DNA of 64,000 nucleotides from a virus. How positions within the stretch are numbered: position 1 is the first letter of the stretch; each line of letters opens with the position of its first letter. A program made the position numbers and the translations under genes. The notes under the pieces are model-generated. The model had not been told where the DNA came from. It did not search any database and worked only from the letters and a program-made list of their open reading frames with translations. Positions 19,100-28,741 of the stretch are shown here, one piece after another. The stretch covers positions 1 through 64,000 of IMG/VR virus record IMGVR_UViG_3300012936_000005; one strand, given 5' to 3'.

Positions 19100-19901
19100 T
19101 TGCTACTCTCCAAAGTATACGTTGACCCATTTGCTCAAAATGCCAACGTTTGTGTATTGTAACAACTTGCTCTGCAATGTTAAGATCGCCATTTTGCCAA
19201 TCATGATGATACATATACTTTTCATTTAAAATATGGTTTTGTAAAAACTCTATTAGTTCCTGACTTTCTTTTTCTGAATATCCTACTACTTCAAATATTT
19301 GATAGAAAGGAAAAAAGATTCCTTTATGTTCGCCAAAGTTTTGTATAAGGCTTACAGGATTATCTCTATCTAGATGATCTTTAAATAATGGCGTGTCGCT
19401 ATAACGGCCAGCTTTGTATCCACAGACAACTTTTAAATCTTCTACTTGTAATTTTACATCGTTAGGCAAATCATCATAAGCCCAACTGTTGTTAAGCCAA
19501 CTTGTTCTACTGCCTACTGTTCCTGTTAGTGCATACAACCAAATAAGTTGTTTTCTATTTGGATTGCTAGGTTGATTAGCATGCCAATCCAAATCATGTT
19601 TGTGACTAAACAAACTAGGCTTGCCTGTAATTGCATCTCCTCCAACTCGAAGTATGCCTTCACCTGCCCACACATCACCGCTACCGCCGTGAGCCCTTTG
19701 GGCGTCTTTAGGATCTTGCTTTTGTACACTTCCTACTACTTCGCTGATACGTAACAATTCCGCTTCATCTAAGTCTTGATTGTGAAAATTTAAAACTAGA
19801 TACTTGTAAATATCCTTAAAAACTTCTTGTAGTTCATCTTTGGGCATGCCTTTTAGTTTTATATCATAATCAGCACACCATCCGTCGCATAATAATTTCA
19901 T
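19077..19901 (-). CDS. TauD/TfdA-family dioxygenase
   Basis: FHNQDL, WHAN, AYDDLP, HDWQNGD, IHKR, RILWR. Confidence 0.85.
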   Translation of the reverse strand: MKLLCDGWCADYDIKLKGMPKDELQEVFKDIYKYLVLNFHNQDLDEAELLRISEVVGSVQKQDPKDAQRAHGGSGDVWAGEGILRVGGDAITGKPSLFSHKHDLDWHANQPSNPNRKQLIWLYALTGTVGSRTSWLNNSWAYDDLPNDVKLQVEDLKVVCGYKAGRYSDTPLFKDHLDRDNPVSLIQNFGEHKGIFFPFYQIFEVVGYSEKESQELIEFLQNHILNEKYMYHHDWQNGDLNIAEQVVTIHKRWHFEQMGQRILWRVASGHENLQ

Positions 19902-20596
19902 GTTTCTCTCGCTGTAAATATACTCATTGCTAATTTCTTTTTTACGCCTAGTGCATTGAAGTCACTGCTACTATGCAATCTAGCACAATCAAAAATAATT
20001 GCACTATTAATTTTCCAAGGAAAATAACTATGTACAGATAATCCTTCTAACCAATCAGGCTTAAGATGTGTGAGATAATTTTCTTTAATGTCGTTTGGTA
20101 TCCCTTTATTGTTAGTATAACTTACATCAGTGTAATCAAATAAAGGTCCGTGGCTATAAAAATTTTTAAAATCTGTGCCGCCGCCCATAAATTTTTTACC
20201 GTCGTGATAATAATATTGATCAAACATCATAAGTTTTATTTTGTCGTCTTTCACATCTCCCCAAAGTTTCAAAGGAATAGTAACTGCTTTATAAGGTGTT
20301 TTGTAATTTTTATCTACATCATTGTGTATAACGTGTGCCCAAGGTGTTTCAAATATTATAGCACTCATAACTTTTGCTTCACCTATTAATACTTTAAGTC
20401 TTGTGAATATATCATCAAACACAGAGTTATCAGTATTAATCTTACAAACTATAGGTCCTGTATTTTTTTCTATTTTTTCTTGGGTATTAAAATATTCTAT
20501 CAAAGAATTATTTTCATCCATAGTTATAAAGTCAATAACTTGTTTAGGATCAGAATTGTTTTTTTCGAGTCGATTTATTTCTTTAATATCTAACAT
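19898..20596 (-). CDS. Fe(II)/2OG oxygenase-like protein
   Basis: IHND, TIPL, IFDCARLHSS; start at 20596 inferred from TAATG coupling and GGAGA. Confidence 0.55.
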   Translation of the reverse strand: MLDIKEINRLEKNNSDPKQVIDFITMDENNSLIEYFNTQEKIEKNTGPIVCKINTDNSVFDDIFTRLKVLIGEAKVMSAIIFETPWAHVIHNDVDKNYKTPYKAVTIPLKLWGDVKDDKIKLMMFDQYYYHDGKKFMGGGTDFKNFYSHGPLFDYTDVSYTNNKGIPNDIKENYLTHLKPDWLEGLSVHSYFPWKINSAIIFDCARLHSSSDFNALGVKKKLAMSIFTARET

Positions 20597-21354
20597 TATG
20601 GATTCTCCAAAATGCTTGTAAGTTTTATAACATTTTCCCAAGTTTTAGGTACATTTAAAATTAGATGGTAACTATTATTCATCCAACTGTGTGTTCTATG
20701 TACTTTTGTTGTATCAACATAATAAGTTGTATTTGGTATAATTGTTCTACGACTATCTCCAAGCCACCATTCGTAACTGTTTGTATCAGAGTTTCCTAAA
20801 AAGCAAATTACTCTAAATGAATCACGTGTCAGTAAAGGACTATCTCTATGCGGTGGAAACCACCCGCCTTTATTTGTTTTGACAATCATAGTGCGTCCTA
20901 ATCCTGACCAATAATCTAAGATTGGACGTAAACTTTCAAAATGACTGTAAGCAGATGTCGGAGTATTAAAGTCAGTTTCCTTTAATACACGGCCTGCTCT
21001 TTTCATTGCTTCGGGCCTACTTAAACTATCTGTAGGCTTATCACCTTCTAATCCTACTAATAATATTCCCTCTCTATCATTACTTACACCTTCTCTACGC
21101 AAGTAAGGAACAAATTCAGCAGTTTTTACTTCATCTTTAAACTTTTTAACATCAGGACGCAAAGATAATGCTTCAAAATCTCCCAATAAATTTAACTGCA
21201 ATTCGCATTTTAAGTCATCTGCTGTTGGCTCATATTGTGTAGGATCGTTTTTATACCACTCATAATAATTACTACCAGTGGCTTTATCATTCCTATCATA
21301 TGCTTTAGTTAAATTTAAAAGATTACCATCTTTATCATATTTTTTTAAGTCCAT
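20596..21354 (-). CDS. Fe(II)/2OG oxygenase, Asp/Asn beta-hydroxylase-like
   Basis: GGWFPPHRD, FRVI, DTTKVH; paralogue of 9218. Confidence 0.7.
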   Translation of the reverse strand: MDLKKYDKDGNLLNLTKAYDRNDKATGSNYYEWYKNDPTQYEPTADDLKCELQLNLLGDFEALSLRPDVKKFKDEVKTAEFVPYLRREGVSNDREGILLVGLEGDKPTDSLSRPEAMKRAGRVLKETDFNTPTSAYSHFESLRPILDYWSGLGRTMIVKTNKGGWFPPHRDSPLLTRDSFRVICFLGNSDTNSYEWWLGDSRRTIIPNTTYYVDTTKVHRTHSWMNNSYHLILNVPKTWENVIKLTSILENP

Positions 21355-21999
21355 TTATTCCTCCTCAACTTTATATACTTCTTCAAAACTAGGTCGATTA
21401 TAAATTTGATCTATGTTTTTTCTATCATAGGGCACACTTTTCATAGCATTAGTTCTAGGATCTAAATATTCTAGTTCGTTACTAGCATATCCTACTCCTA
21501 ATATTAAACGTATAGGATTATCGACTCCGAACAGTTCTGCACATCTTTCAGGATCATGACTGCAATTTTGTGTTATACCTGTGCTAAGTCCTCTATCTTG
21601 TAATGCTAACATTATAAATGCGGCTTGAATACCAAATTCTAAATGGTCATATCTATCAACAGCCGTTGATGTTCTGTTATAAAATTGGTATTGTACTTCT
21701 GCTTTAGTAACATCTCTTTGTGAAAATCCAATTAGATAAGGTGCTAGAACTTGCGGATTACCATAATCAGTTTCGATAGGCATTTCATCATTGCGATGAC
21801 AAATTGTCATTATTTCTTTTCTACGATTAGGCTCATCATTCTTAATACATTTAATAACAAAAGGATATTTTAGATTTTTTGTAGGAGCTTGCATATAAGC
21901 ATCATACATTGCATCTTTTATTAATTGTACATCTACTTCCTTTGTATAATCCCAAGTATAAGTATTAGTCCTTGCTTTTATTACATCGTTAAATTGCAT
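21355..21999 (-). CDS. nitroreductase-family flavoprotein
   Basis: IKARTN, APTK, FGIQAAFIMLALQDRGLSTG, LGVGY; ATG at 21999 after AAGGA. Confidence 0.8.
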   Translation of the reverse strand: MQFNDVIKARTNTYTWDYTKEVDVQLIKDAMYDAYMQAPTKNLKYPFVIKCIKNDEPNRRKEIMTICHRNDEMPIETDYGNPQVLAPYLIGFSQRDVTKAEVQYQFYNRTSTAVDRYDHLEFGIQAAFIMLALQDRGLSTGITQNCSHDPERCAELFGVDNPIRLILGVGYASNELEYLDPRTNAMKSVPYDRKNIDQIYNRPSFEEVYKVEEE

Positions 22000-23104
22000 T
22001 AAGTTTCCTTTTTGGTATTTTTGAATCTGCACTTGAAACACAACTTTCAGTGATACAAGGCATTGCTTTTTCAAACAGTTTAAATCCTGTTTCAATATTT
22101 CCTAAAGGAACATCACCGCAACTGTAACTGCGTTTTATACTACCGTCTGGTTCACGTATAATTATACCTTGATATCCAGCATTACAATTCCAACCTTTAA
22201 ACTTGTTAAAATTGAAAGCATTGAATCTTTCTGCTTGATCCATATAATATTTATTGCCCTTACTATCTTCCATTTCTACTTGAAAGTGAGGAGGTATAGT
22301 TTCTTTTGTATTAAACTCACTCCACTTTTTAAATTTAGCTTTTGGTCGGTCTGCCCATTTACGTTTGTTTTCTGTATATGCACGTTGAGGCATACCATTA
22401 TGTAATTTCGCTAATTGTTCTTCCGTATAACCATCAACAACAAAACTAGCAGTAGGATCACTTTGTGGCTTTAGTGTTACATTAATTCCTTGTTCATGGA
22501 AAAACAGTGCATTATCCCAATCCCTTTCAAACCAAGCAGGAACCATTACCATGTTTATTGTAACCTGTACATCATGCTCTTGGCAAAATATAAGTTTGTC
22601 TGCAAACTCCTGCATTTTTACAGGTGTGTTTACGTGTTCAGTATGTAGACTTGCAGTAATACTAGCTCTATGAAATGCTTTAGCATATTCAACATAAGTT
22701 TCAAACCAATTAATTTTACGTGAACAATTTGATGTCATATGTATACTTGTATAATTTGTATTTTCTACGTCATCGGCGAGATATTTGAGAATGTCCAAGT
22801 ATCCTGGATGAAAGGTAGGCTCACCCCCTGACAAAGAAAAGTGAAATGAATTGAAACCGTTTCCTCTGGCTTGTCGCTTGATTTCGTCAATAGTTCGAAG
22901 ACACAACTCGGTTGGTCTGTGATCTTTTCTGTCACTTCTTGCGTATGGCCAACAGTAGCTACACCTATAATTACAAAAGCGACCAAGCAACCAACTAACC
23001 GTAAATACGTCACGATAGAGCAAAGTGCGTTGGCCCACACTGACAATATCCTCAAGTGGTATTTTTGTAAAGTCATAATTACTCCATTTTAAATCTTGAG
23101 TCAT
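21989..23104 (-). CDS. radical SAM enzyme (subfamily A)
   Basis: CNYRCSYC, SGGEP, TSN; C-terminal Cys residues. Confidence 0.92.
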   Translation of the reverse strand: MTQDLKWSNYDFTKIPLEDIVSVGQRTLLYRDVFTVSWLLGRFCNYRCSYCWPYARSDRKDHRPTELCLRTIDEIKRQARGNGFNSFHFSLSGGEPTFHPGYLDILKYLADDVENTNYTSIHMTSNCSRKINWFETYVEYAKAFHRASITASLHTEHVNTPVKMQEFADKLIFCQEHDVQVTINMVMVPAWFERDWDNALFFHEQGINVTLKPQSDPTASFVVDGYTEEQLAKLHNGMPQRAYTENKRKWADRPKAKFKKWSEFNTKETIPPHFQVEMEDSKGNKYYMDQAERFNAFNFNKFKGWNCNAGYQGIIIREPDGSIKRSYSCGDVPLGNIETGFKLFEKAMPCITESCVSSADSKIPKRKLNAI

Positions 23105-23109
23105 AGTTT

Positions 23110-23138
23110 ATTATAGCACCTTATGTTAATTTTGTCAA
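23110..23138 (-). promoter_or_regulatory. consensus sigma70 promoter with extended -10, probably leaderless
   Basis: Minus strand: TTGACA-17 bp (ending TGC)-TATAAT-AAACT-ATG. Confidence 0.85.
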
Positions 23139-23143
23139 TCATT

Positions 23144-24085
23144 TTATAACTTCTCTTTGATAAATTGATCTCTTTTATTTTCTTTACATACTTGTTCGCA
23201 ACGTGGTATTTTGTTTTCTGCTGTCCAACTATTTTTTATATCAGTCCAAACTTTTCCGTTCATAGCCTCAGCAATACTTACATTAGATAAGTTTATATCT
23301 GTCATATAATCTTGTTGTTCGAGTATATCTTCAAATTTATCATGCTTATGTCCACTGACAGGATACTCTAGCATTTTAGAATTTAAATGACAGCAAGGAA
23401 TTACGTTGCCCATATGATTCACAAAGATACGTTTTTGATTAGCATATTTACAGCTAATACAATTAGATTCTTCTACTTCAGTTTTTTTATGTTTTACGCC
23501 GCCTGTGTCTTTCCTATGACTTATTATAGTTTGAAATTTTACAAACCCTTCCTGCTTGGCTAGTTCTCTTGCTTCTTCTAATTGGTGTTCATTATGTTCG
23601 AAACTAATAAATTGCCAATTTGATTTTCCTCCTGCCGCGATAAATGCCCTATAGTTTTGTTGTACTTTTTTAAAGTTTGATCCTTCTCTATATCTTTCTG
23701 ATAATTCATCACTACCATCTATACCCCAAGTTACTCTGTGCGAAGACGGTAAAATGTTTGCTAATTTTTCCCACCATTTTGTTGTGCGTAAACTACCGTT
23801 AGTAGCAATATTAATATGTGCGTTCCAGTCTGCAAAATGTTCTATAATTTCGTGGAACTGAGGATGACTACAAGGCTCATCTACACTACCACAGAAATTA
23901 ATTATCTTGATATTAGGAAACATTTCTTTTTGAAACTTTTCTTTAATAGTATTAAGATCTAAATACGTCTTGTTTAAGATTTTGTCAGCATGATCAGAAA
24001 TAACACGGAAACAGCCTTTGCAACGAATATTACAAAAACTTGTAAGTTCTATGTCAATCCATTCTAGTGTATCAGTTGTTAACAT
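23144..24085 (-). CDS. radical SAM enzyme with C-terminal twitch/SPASM-like domain (subfamily B)
   Basis: CNIRCKGC, FCGSVDEP, TNG, PCC...CEQVC. Confidence 0.92.
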   Translation of the reverse strand: MLTTDTLEWIDIELTSFCNIRCKGCFRVISDHADKILNKTYLDLNTIKEKFQKEMFPNIKIINFCGSVDEPCSHPQFHEIIEHFADWNAHINIATNGSLRTTKWWEKLANILPSSHRVTWGIDGSDELSERYREGSNFKKVQQNYRAFIAAGGKSNWQFISFEHNEHQLEEARELAKQEGFVKFQTIISHRKDTGGVKHKKTEVEESNCISCKYANQKRIFVNHMGNVIPCCHLNSKMLEYPVSGHKHDKFEDILEQQDYMTDINLSNVSIAEAMNGKVWTDIKNSWTAENKIPRCEQVCKENKRDQFIKEKL

Positions 24086-25152
24086 TATTCAAAGCACCAC
24101 GGTATAGTTTTTTTACTATTTGTTCCTCTTTTTGCATCTAGATCTAATAGATACCTTTGCATAGTTGCATTACCCTCTTTATCAAATTTATAATCTTTAT
24201 AGAATGTTTTAAGCTCTTGTACTTTTGTTAATTGTAATACTTTCTGCACAACATGAGGCTTCAAACAATTTACAGATAGAAAATTAGGACTATAAAGTTT
24301 ATGTATATCATAAGTACCATTCCATTTTCTCCGTATCTTTGTTACTACTTTATCTACGTTTGGCAAATTCATTGCTTGTACAGTAATATTAAAACTAATA
24401 TTCATAGGATTTAGATCTACTAATTGCTGAGTATCTCGACAAAATATATCATGATGTGTAGGAAATCTAATTAATTCGTTAACAGAACCCCAGCCGTCTA
24501 TACTTACTGAAAAAGTAAGTCTTTCAAATTTTTCTAATGTTTTTAAAAAACTATCTGTGTTACTTACACCATTAGTTTGTATTTGAATTTCTGTATGCTT
24601 ACGATTCCATTCATGTTCTGATAATAACTTACAAAATCGTTGAACACCTTTCATATAAAAAGGCTCTCCACCTGCAATATATATTTTTACAGCTTTATCC
24701 TTGCATCTTTCATATACCCAATCCCAATCTAAAGACTCCCTAACCTGTCTAAATTGATCAATATTGCCTGTACGGTATTTAGAATATACATCTAAATCTT
24801 CATACCATTTACTACTATTACCAGGATTACACATGGCACATTTTAAGTTACAAGTGTTTCCAGGACGTAAATCCCAAACAATAATTCCCTTATCACCTCT
24901 AAGTAAACTCTGCTGTCGCTTACTTTCTCTACCCATAGATTCGTTCATTACACAGTCATTACATTCAGGTCTTTTCCAATCTCCTTTAAATCTTTCTCTG
25001 ACTTCATTTATATAATCATTATCTAACAATTCATTTATATCTTTTACAGTATGTTTTCCTTTTTGCTTGAAAAGACAACAAGGCGTAGTAACATAGCCGC
25101 TGTCTTTTTTTTGTATATATAAACTGTTAATTGATTCTAAACAATTATGCAT
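24085..25152 (-). CDS. radical SAM enzyme with N-terminal twitch domain (subfamily C)
   Basis: N-terminal C..PCC..CNDC; CNLKCAMC; AGGEP. Confidence 0.92.
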   Translation of the reverse strand: MHNCLESINSLYIQKKDSGYVTTPCCLFKQKGKHTVKDINELLDNDYINEVRERFKGDWKRPECNDCVMNESMGRESKRQQSLLRGDKGIIVWDLRPGNTCNLKCAMCNPGNSSKWYEDLDVYSKYRTGNIDQFRQVRESLDWDWVYERCKDKAVKIYIAGGEPFYMKGVQRFCKLLSEHEWNRKHTEIQIQTNGVSNTDSFLKTLEKFERLTFSVSIDGWGSVNELIRFPTHHDIFCRDTQQLVDLNPMNISFNITVQAMNLPNVDKVVTKIRRKWNGTYDIHKLYSPNFLSVNCLKPHVVQKVLQLTKVQELKTFYKDYKFDKEGNATMQRYLLDLDAKRGTNSKKTIPWCFE

Positions 25153-26317
25153 TTAACACACCAGTGTCAAAATGTGTTTTGACTGTTTGTAAATATTTTT
25201 CTTTAAATTTGCTTTTAGGAGCACACAACCCACAACCACAAGTATGCTTAGGGCAAATCATTGTTGGCATGGTTTTCGATTCTAATTTATGTTTAAGCTC
25301 TGCAATAATTTTTTGTCCTTCACTAATTTTTCCAATTGGTCCTCTAGTACCGTCAAAACGAGCTTGACAAGTTTGATGATGAAACACTTGATCAGTTTGT
25401 TGTTCAAGATGTAAAAAGAACCAGTTTACACTACAATGCCAACCTTTAAATTCACGCATGTTAACAAAATTACTTTTTTTACTTGTATCTCCAGAACTTA
25501 AACACATTTCTCTTCCGCCGCAACACGGTCTTCCTAGACTCATTCCTAATTTTTTCTTTTCGGTTGTTTTTTCGCCTACTGCACTTAACTTATCGTTGTT
25601 CAATCCTTCTTCTTTGTACTTCCAATAATTTTTAATAAAATCTAGTTGATCGTCAGTGTATTTGTGTGCAAAACTAGGTTTGCTATCAGGCTCTTCACCT
25701 ATTATTCTTGGCACATACCACACACCTAATTGATCTAACCACTTGCATAATTCTTTGCACTCGTCAAAATACTGTGCATGAAACATTACATTTACTTTGA
25801 ATCCAAAATACTTTTTACCGTTAGAATTTTTTGCGGCTTCTGATGCTGTATGGAATTGCATAATTCTATCTTTTATTTGATTTTTAAGTTTTTGATCTGC
25901 TTCAGTATGATAACTTAGTGTAACAAAACTCATCTTGTCTATAATTTGTTGAGCAATTTTAGGACCCATTGCTCCGTTGCTTGTAAGAGAGAATCCAGTG
26001 TGCCATCTATCTCTATATCTTTTGTTATATTCTTCTTTTAAGTATTCAATAAAAGGAATAAAGTTGGGGTTGACTGTAGGCTCTCCTCCTGTAAAACTTA
26101 TACTTGCTTCTTTAAAATCTCTGTACTGCATATACGTGTCCATATATTCAAATAAAAAATCAACACTAGACTTCAATTGATCTAGTGTAGCATGTGGACT
26201 AAAATTATCGTGTCTTGTTACTGGGCAGTACGTACAGTCATAATTACATCTGCGACCAAGATCCCATGAAACTTGGAATAAATTTCCTGTCAATAAATCT
26301 ACAGTATCAAAGCTCAC
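25145..26317 (-). CDS. radical SAM enzyme (subfamily A)
   Basis: VSWDLGRRCNYDCTYC, TGGEP; Cys-rich C-terminus CPKHTCGCGLC. Confidence 0.92.
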   Translation of the reverse strand: MSFDTVDLLTGNLFQVSWDLGRRCNYDCTYCPVTRHDNFSPHATLDQLKSSVDFLFEYMDTYMQYRDFKEASISFTGGEPTVNPNFIPFIEYLKEEYNKRYRDRWHTGFSLTSNGAMGPKIAQQIIDKMSFVTLSYHTEADQKLKNQIKDRIMQFHTASEAAKNSNGKKYFGFKVNVMFHAQYFDECKELCKWLDQLGVWYVPRIIGEEPDSKPSFAHKYTDDQLDFIKNYWKYKEEGLNNDKLSAVGEKTTEKKKLGMSLGRPCCGGREMCLSSGDTSKKSNFVNMREFKGWHCSVNWFFLHLEQQTDQVFHHQTCQARFDGTRGPIGKISEGQKIIAELKHKLESKTMPTMICPKHTCGCGLCAPKSKFKEKYLQTVKTHFDTGVLNA

Positions 26318-27707
26318 TGAAAATATCCTTCATTTCAGGAAAAGTTTCTGCAAAAGTATTCCCGCGTTGAGTGTCGCACCTTTTTAGAAACTCTTGCATT
26401 TCTGGCAGACGTCTACTCCAATCTTCACTTTCCATAAAATTAAGCATACCTTTTAGCCTTTTAATCCCATAGCTTGCTTGCATGAAGTCGTCTTTTTGTA
26501 CTTTACCTTTGTGCCAACTAGGAATTCCTAGTTCCCAATTTTCTTCCCACCAAGGATAAAATTCTTCATATTTCTTACGGCACTCAGCCTTAAACCAATT
26601 AGGCAAAACTTTTACATTTAAGTGCGGTGGATGATATACAAAGTGATAATTCACTCCTCCTGCACCAAATGGCCACATGTTAATTTTTTTAAATCCTTGT
26701 GTCAGTTTCCATTTTATAAAATCGGGTATATAGTAAATGTTGAGTGCTTGTACTGCACAAGCCACAGTAACTTCAGTGTTGTTAGGTGTATCATTATCTA
26801 GTATATGAAAAACTTCTTCCTGTCTTTTCCATTTACTAGGATAACGAATATATTCATTCATTTCTTTTATGCTATCAATGCTGTAATGAAAACGAACTAA
26901 TTTAAAATGTTTCCATAGGTCAAACAAATCTTCGCGCCATTCAACTCCATTACTATTATACCTAAGCTCTAAATTTTTAGCATATCCCATTTTAATAGCA
27001 TGTTCAAGTATTTCATAATGTTCTTCAATAATTAAACTTTCGCCACCAGCAAAATATATCTGTTGCATACTTGGCATCTGCTCGTAAAATTGTTTCCAGA
27101 ATGTAGGATTTTGTTTGTGCCAATTATAACTACTTCCATTTGTACTACCTTTGTCTTGCCACTGCATTGTTTCTTTTAGTGATTCATTTTTTACTGCCGG
27201 AAACATTGCTTTCCAATCTTTAATCCAACCTGAACTATCGTGAGGTGAACACATTACACAAGCAAGTTGACACTTGGTTCCAAATCGTAAATCAATATAT
27301 GCTAACTGAGGAGGTACGCTACCATCTTCTTTTGTGTTCTCTAAAAGATTATCTACATCAACACGCTCACTCCAATATGCTGTTTCCCACATACGTTTAC
27401 TGTTATGACCAGCCGCTTCTTCTTTGAAACATTTTATACAACTAGGTGGTACTTCTCCGTTCAGCATTTGTTTACGTACATTACGCATATATGTACTGTT
27501 CCATGCTGTTTCAAAATCACTTACATTAAGATTATTAGGACGTCCTTCTTCATCTTTAAGAATTCCAACTTGGCCGCCATGCTCTTTGTCATTAGTTGGT
27601 CCTACAGAACTTGCGTTCGCTGTACAACAAACTCTCATACTTCCGTCTGGTCTTGTGCTTAGGTGTACCCACGGTAGGATACAAAATGTATCTGAAACTT
27701 TACTCAT
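26307..27707 (-). CDS. radical SAM enzyme with N-terminal twitch domain (subfamily C)
   Basis: FCILPW..DG..RVCC..CIKC; CQLACVMC; AGGES. Confidence 0.92.
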   Translation of the reverse strand: MSKVSDTFCILPWVHLSTRPDGSMRVCCTANASSVGPTNDKEHGGQVGILKDEEGRPNNLNVSDFETAWNSTYMRNVRKQMLNGEVPPSCIKCFKEEAAGHNSKRMWETAYWSERVDVDNLLENTKEDGSVPPQLAYIDLRFGTKCQLACVMCSPHDSSGWIKDWKAMFPAVKNESLKETMQWQDKGSTNGSSYNWHKQNPTFWKQFYEQMPSMQQIYFAGGESLIIEEHYEILEHAIKMGYAKNLELRYNSNGVEWREDLFDLWKHFKLVRFHYSIDSIKEMNEYIRYPSKWKRQEEVFHILDNDTPNNTEVTVACAVQALNIYYIPDFIKWKLTQGFKKINMWPFGAGGVNYHFVYHPPHLNVKVLPNWFKAECRKKYEEFYPWWEENWELGIPSWHKGKVQKDDFMQASYGIKRLKGMLNFMESEDWSRRLPEMQEFLKRCDTQRGNTFAETFPEMKDIFSEL

Positions 27708-27712
27708 ATATG

Positions 27713-27720
27713 TACTTATC
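27713..27720 (-). promoter_or_regulatory. late promoter variant GATAAGTA, probably leaderless
   Basis: Minus strand GATAAGTA-CATAT-ATG; no SD. Confidence 0.55.
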
Positions 27721-28741
27721 GTGTTATAGTGGTGGTTAATTGATGTACTGGCTCAAATCGTTGTGTAGAAATCTTATTTTCTTTGCAATTTTCTATACAC
27801 TTAGGAAAAATTCCGCTTTTAATATTATAGAATATATTAGTATACCATTCACTATCAAATATATCCTGTATGCTGTTTGAACCGTTTAATCTATGATGTT
27901 CAGAGCCATTTTCTTTGCTGTAAAGATCCCATAAATCTTTGAATCCGCTTTTTGTTCCCCACCAACAACACGGTACAACATATCCTTGATGCGTAATATA
28001 TAAACCTTGATCATCTATTTTACTACTGATGCATTTTGGTAAAACTTTAGGCAACACGTCAAAAGTTTCTCCTTTTGGATCTTTTTTATGTTGACTGTTC
28101 TCTCCAAAGTTTTTACGTGGGCTACCAATAAATTTAACTCTATGAAATCCTTCTTTTTTTGCTATGTCTTCTATTAAGTTAGCTTGGTGTTCATTGTGAG
28201 CAAAGAAAATAAATTGCCATATTGCACAGCCGCCGGCCGCAATATATGATCTAAAATTATTTTGTGTTTTTTTCCAGTCAACATTTACTCTGTAAATATG
28301 GTTAGTATCTTCAAGACCATCTAAACCAAAATTAACATGTAATCGCCAATTATACTTCTTTGAAAGTTGTCCTAATTCTTTCCAGAATTCTGTATTACGT
28401 GTTCCGCCATTAGTAGAAACAGTAATTTTTGGTTTGCTAGGAAATAATTTATCATTTTCGAAAATCCATTTTATAATATCTAATAAGTCTGGATTAGTAG
28501 TAGCTTCGTCATAATTACCACACATATGAATAAGTCTTAGATCAGTCCATACATCTTTGGATACCCAACTTTTAAATTTTTCTAAACTGACGTATGTGTC
28601 ATTTATAGTAATCCTATAGTCCATATCTGCCGACCAGTCACTTACAACTGCTCTTGCACAGGCAGGACATGCGGCATTGCAATAATTTGACATTTCTATT
28701 TGTAATTTTGTTTGATTTTTAACAGGTATTTGCCAACTCAT
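27716..28741 (-). CDS. radical SAM enzyme with C-terminal twitch-like domain (subfamily B)
   Basis: CNAACPAC, MCGNYDE, HNEHQ, PCC...CIENC. Confidence 0.92.
   Translation of the reverse strand: MSWQIPVKNQTKLQIEMSNYCNAACPACARAVVSDWSADMDYRITINDTYVSLEKFKSWVSKDVWTDLRLIHMCGNYDEATTNPDLLDIIKWIFENDKLFPSKPKITVSTNGGTRNTEFWKELGQLSKKYNWRLHVNFGLDGLEDTNHIYRVNVDWKKTQNNFRSYIAAGGCAIWQFIFFAHNEHQANLIEDIAKKEGFHRVKFIGSPRKNFGENSQHKKDPKGETFDVLPKVLPKCISSKIDDQGLYITHQGYVVPCCWWGTKSGFKDLWDLYSKENGSEHHRLNGSNSIQDIFDSEWYTNIFYNIKSGIFPKCIENCKENKISTQRFEPVHQLTTTITR

Noticed and set aside
11520-23104. Cofactor pathway (BluB/CobD for B12, MoaA, QueE, PqqE)
   Set aside because: Only fold-level resemblance; partner genes of these pathways are absent.
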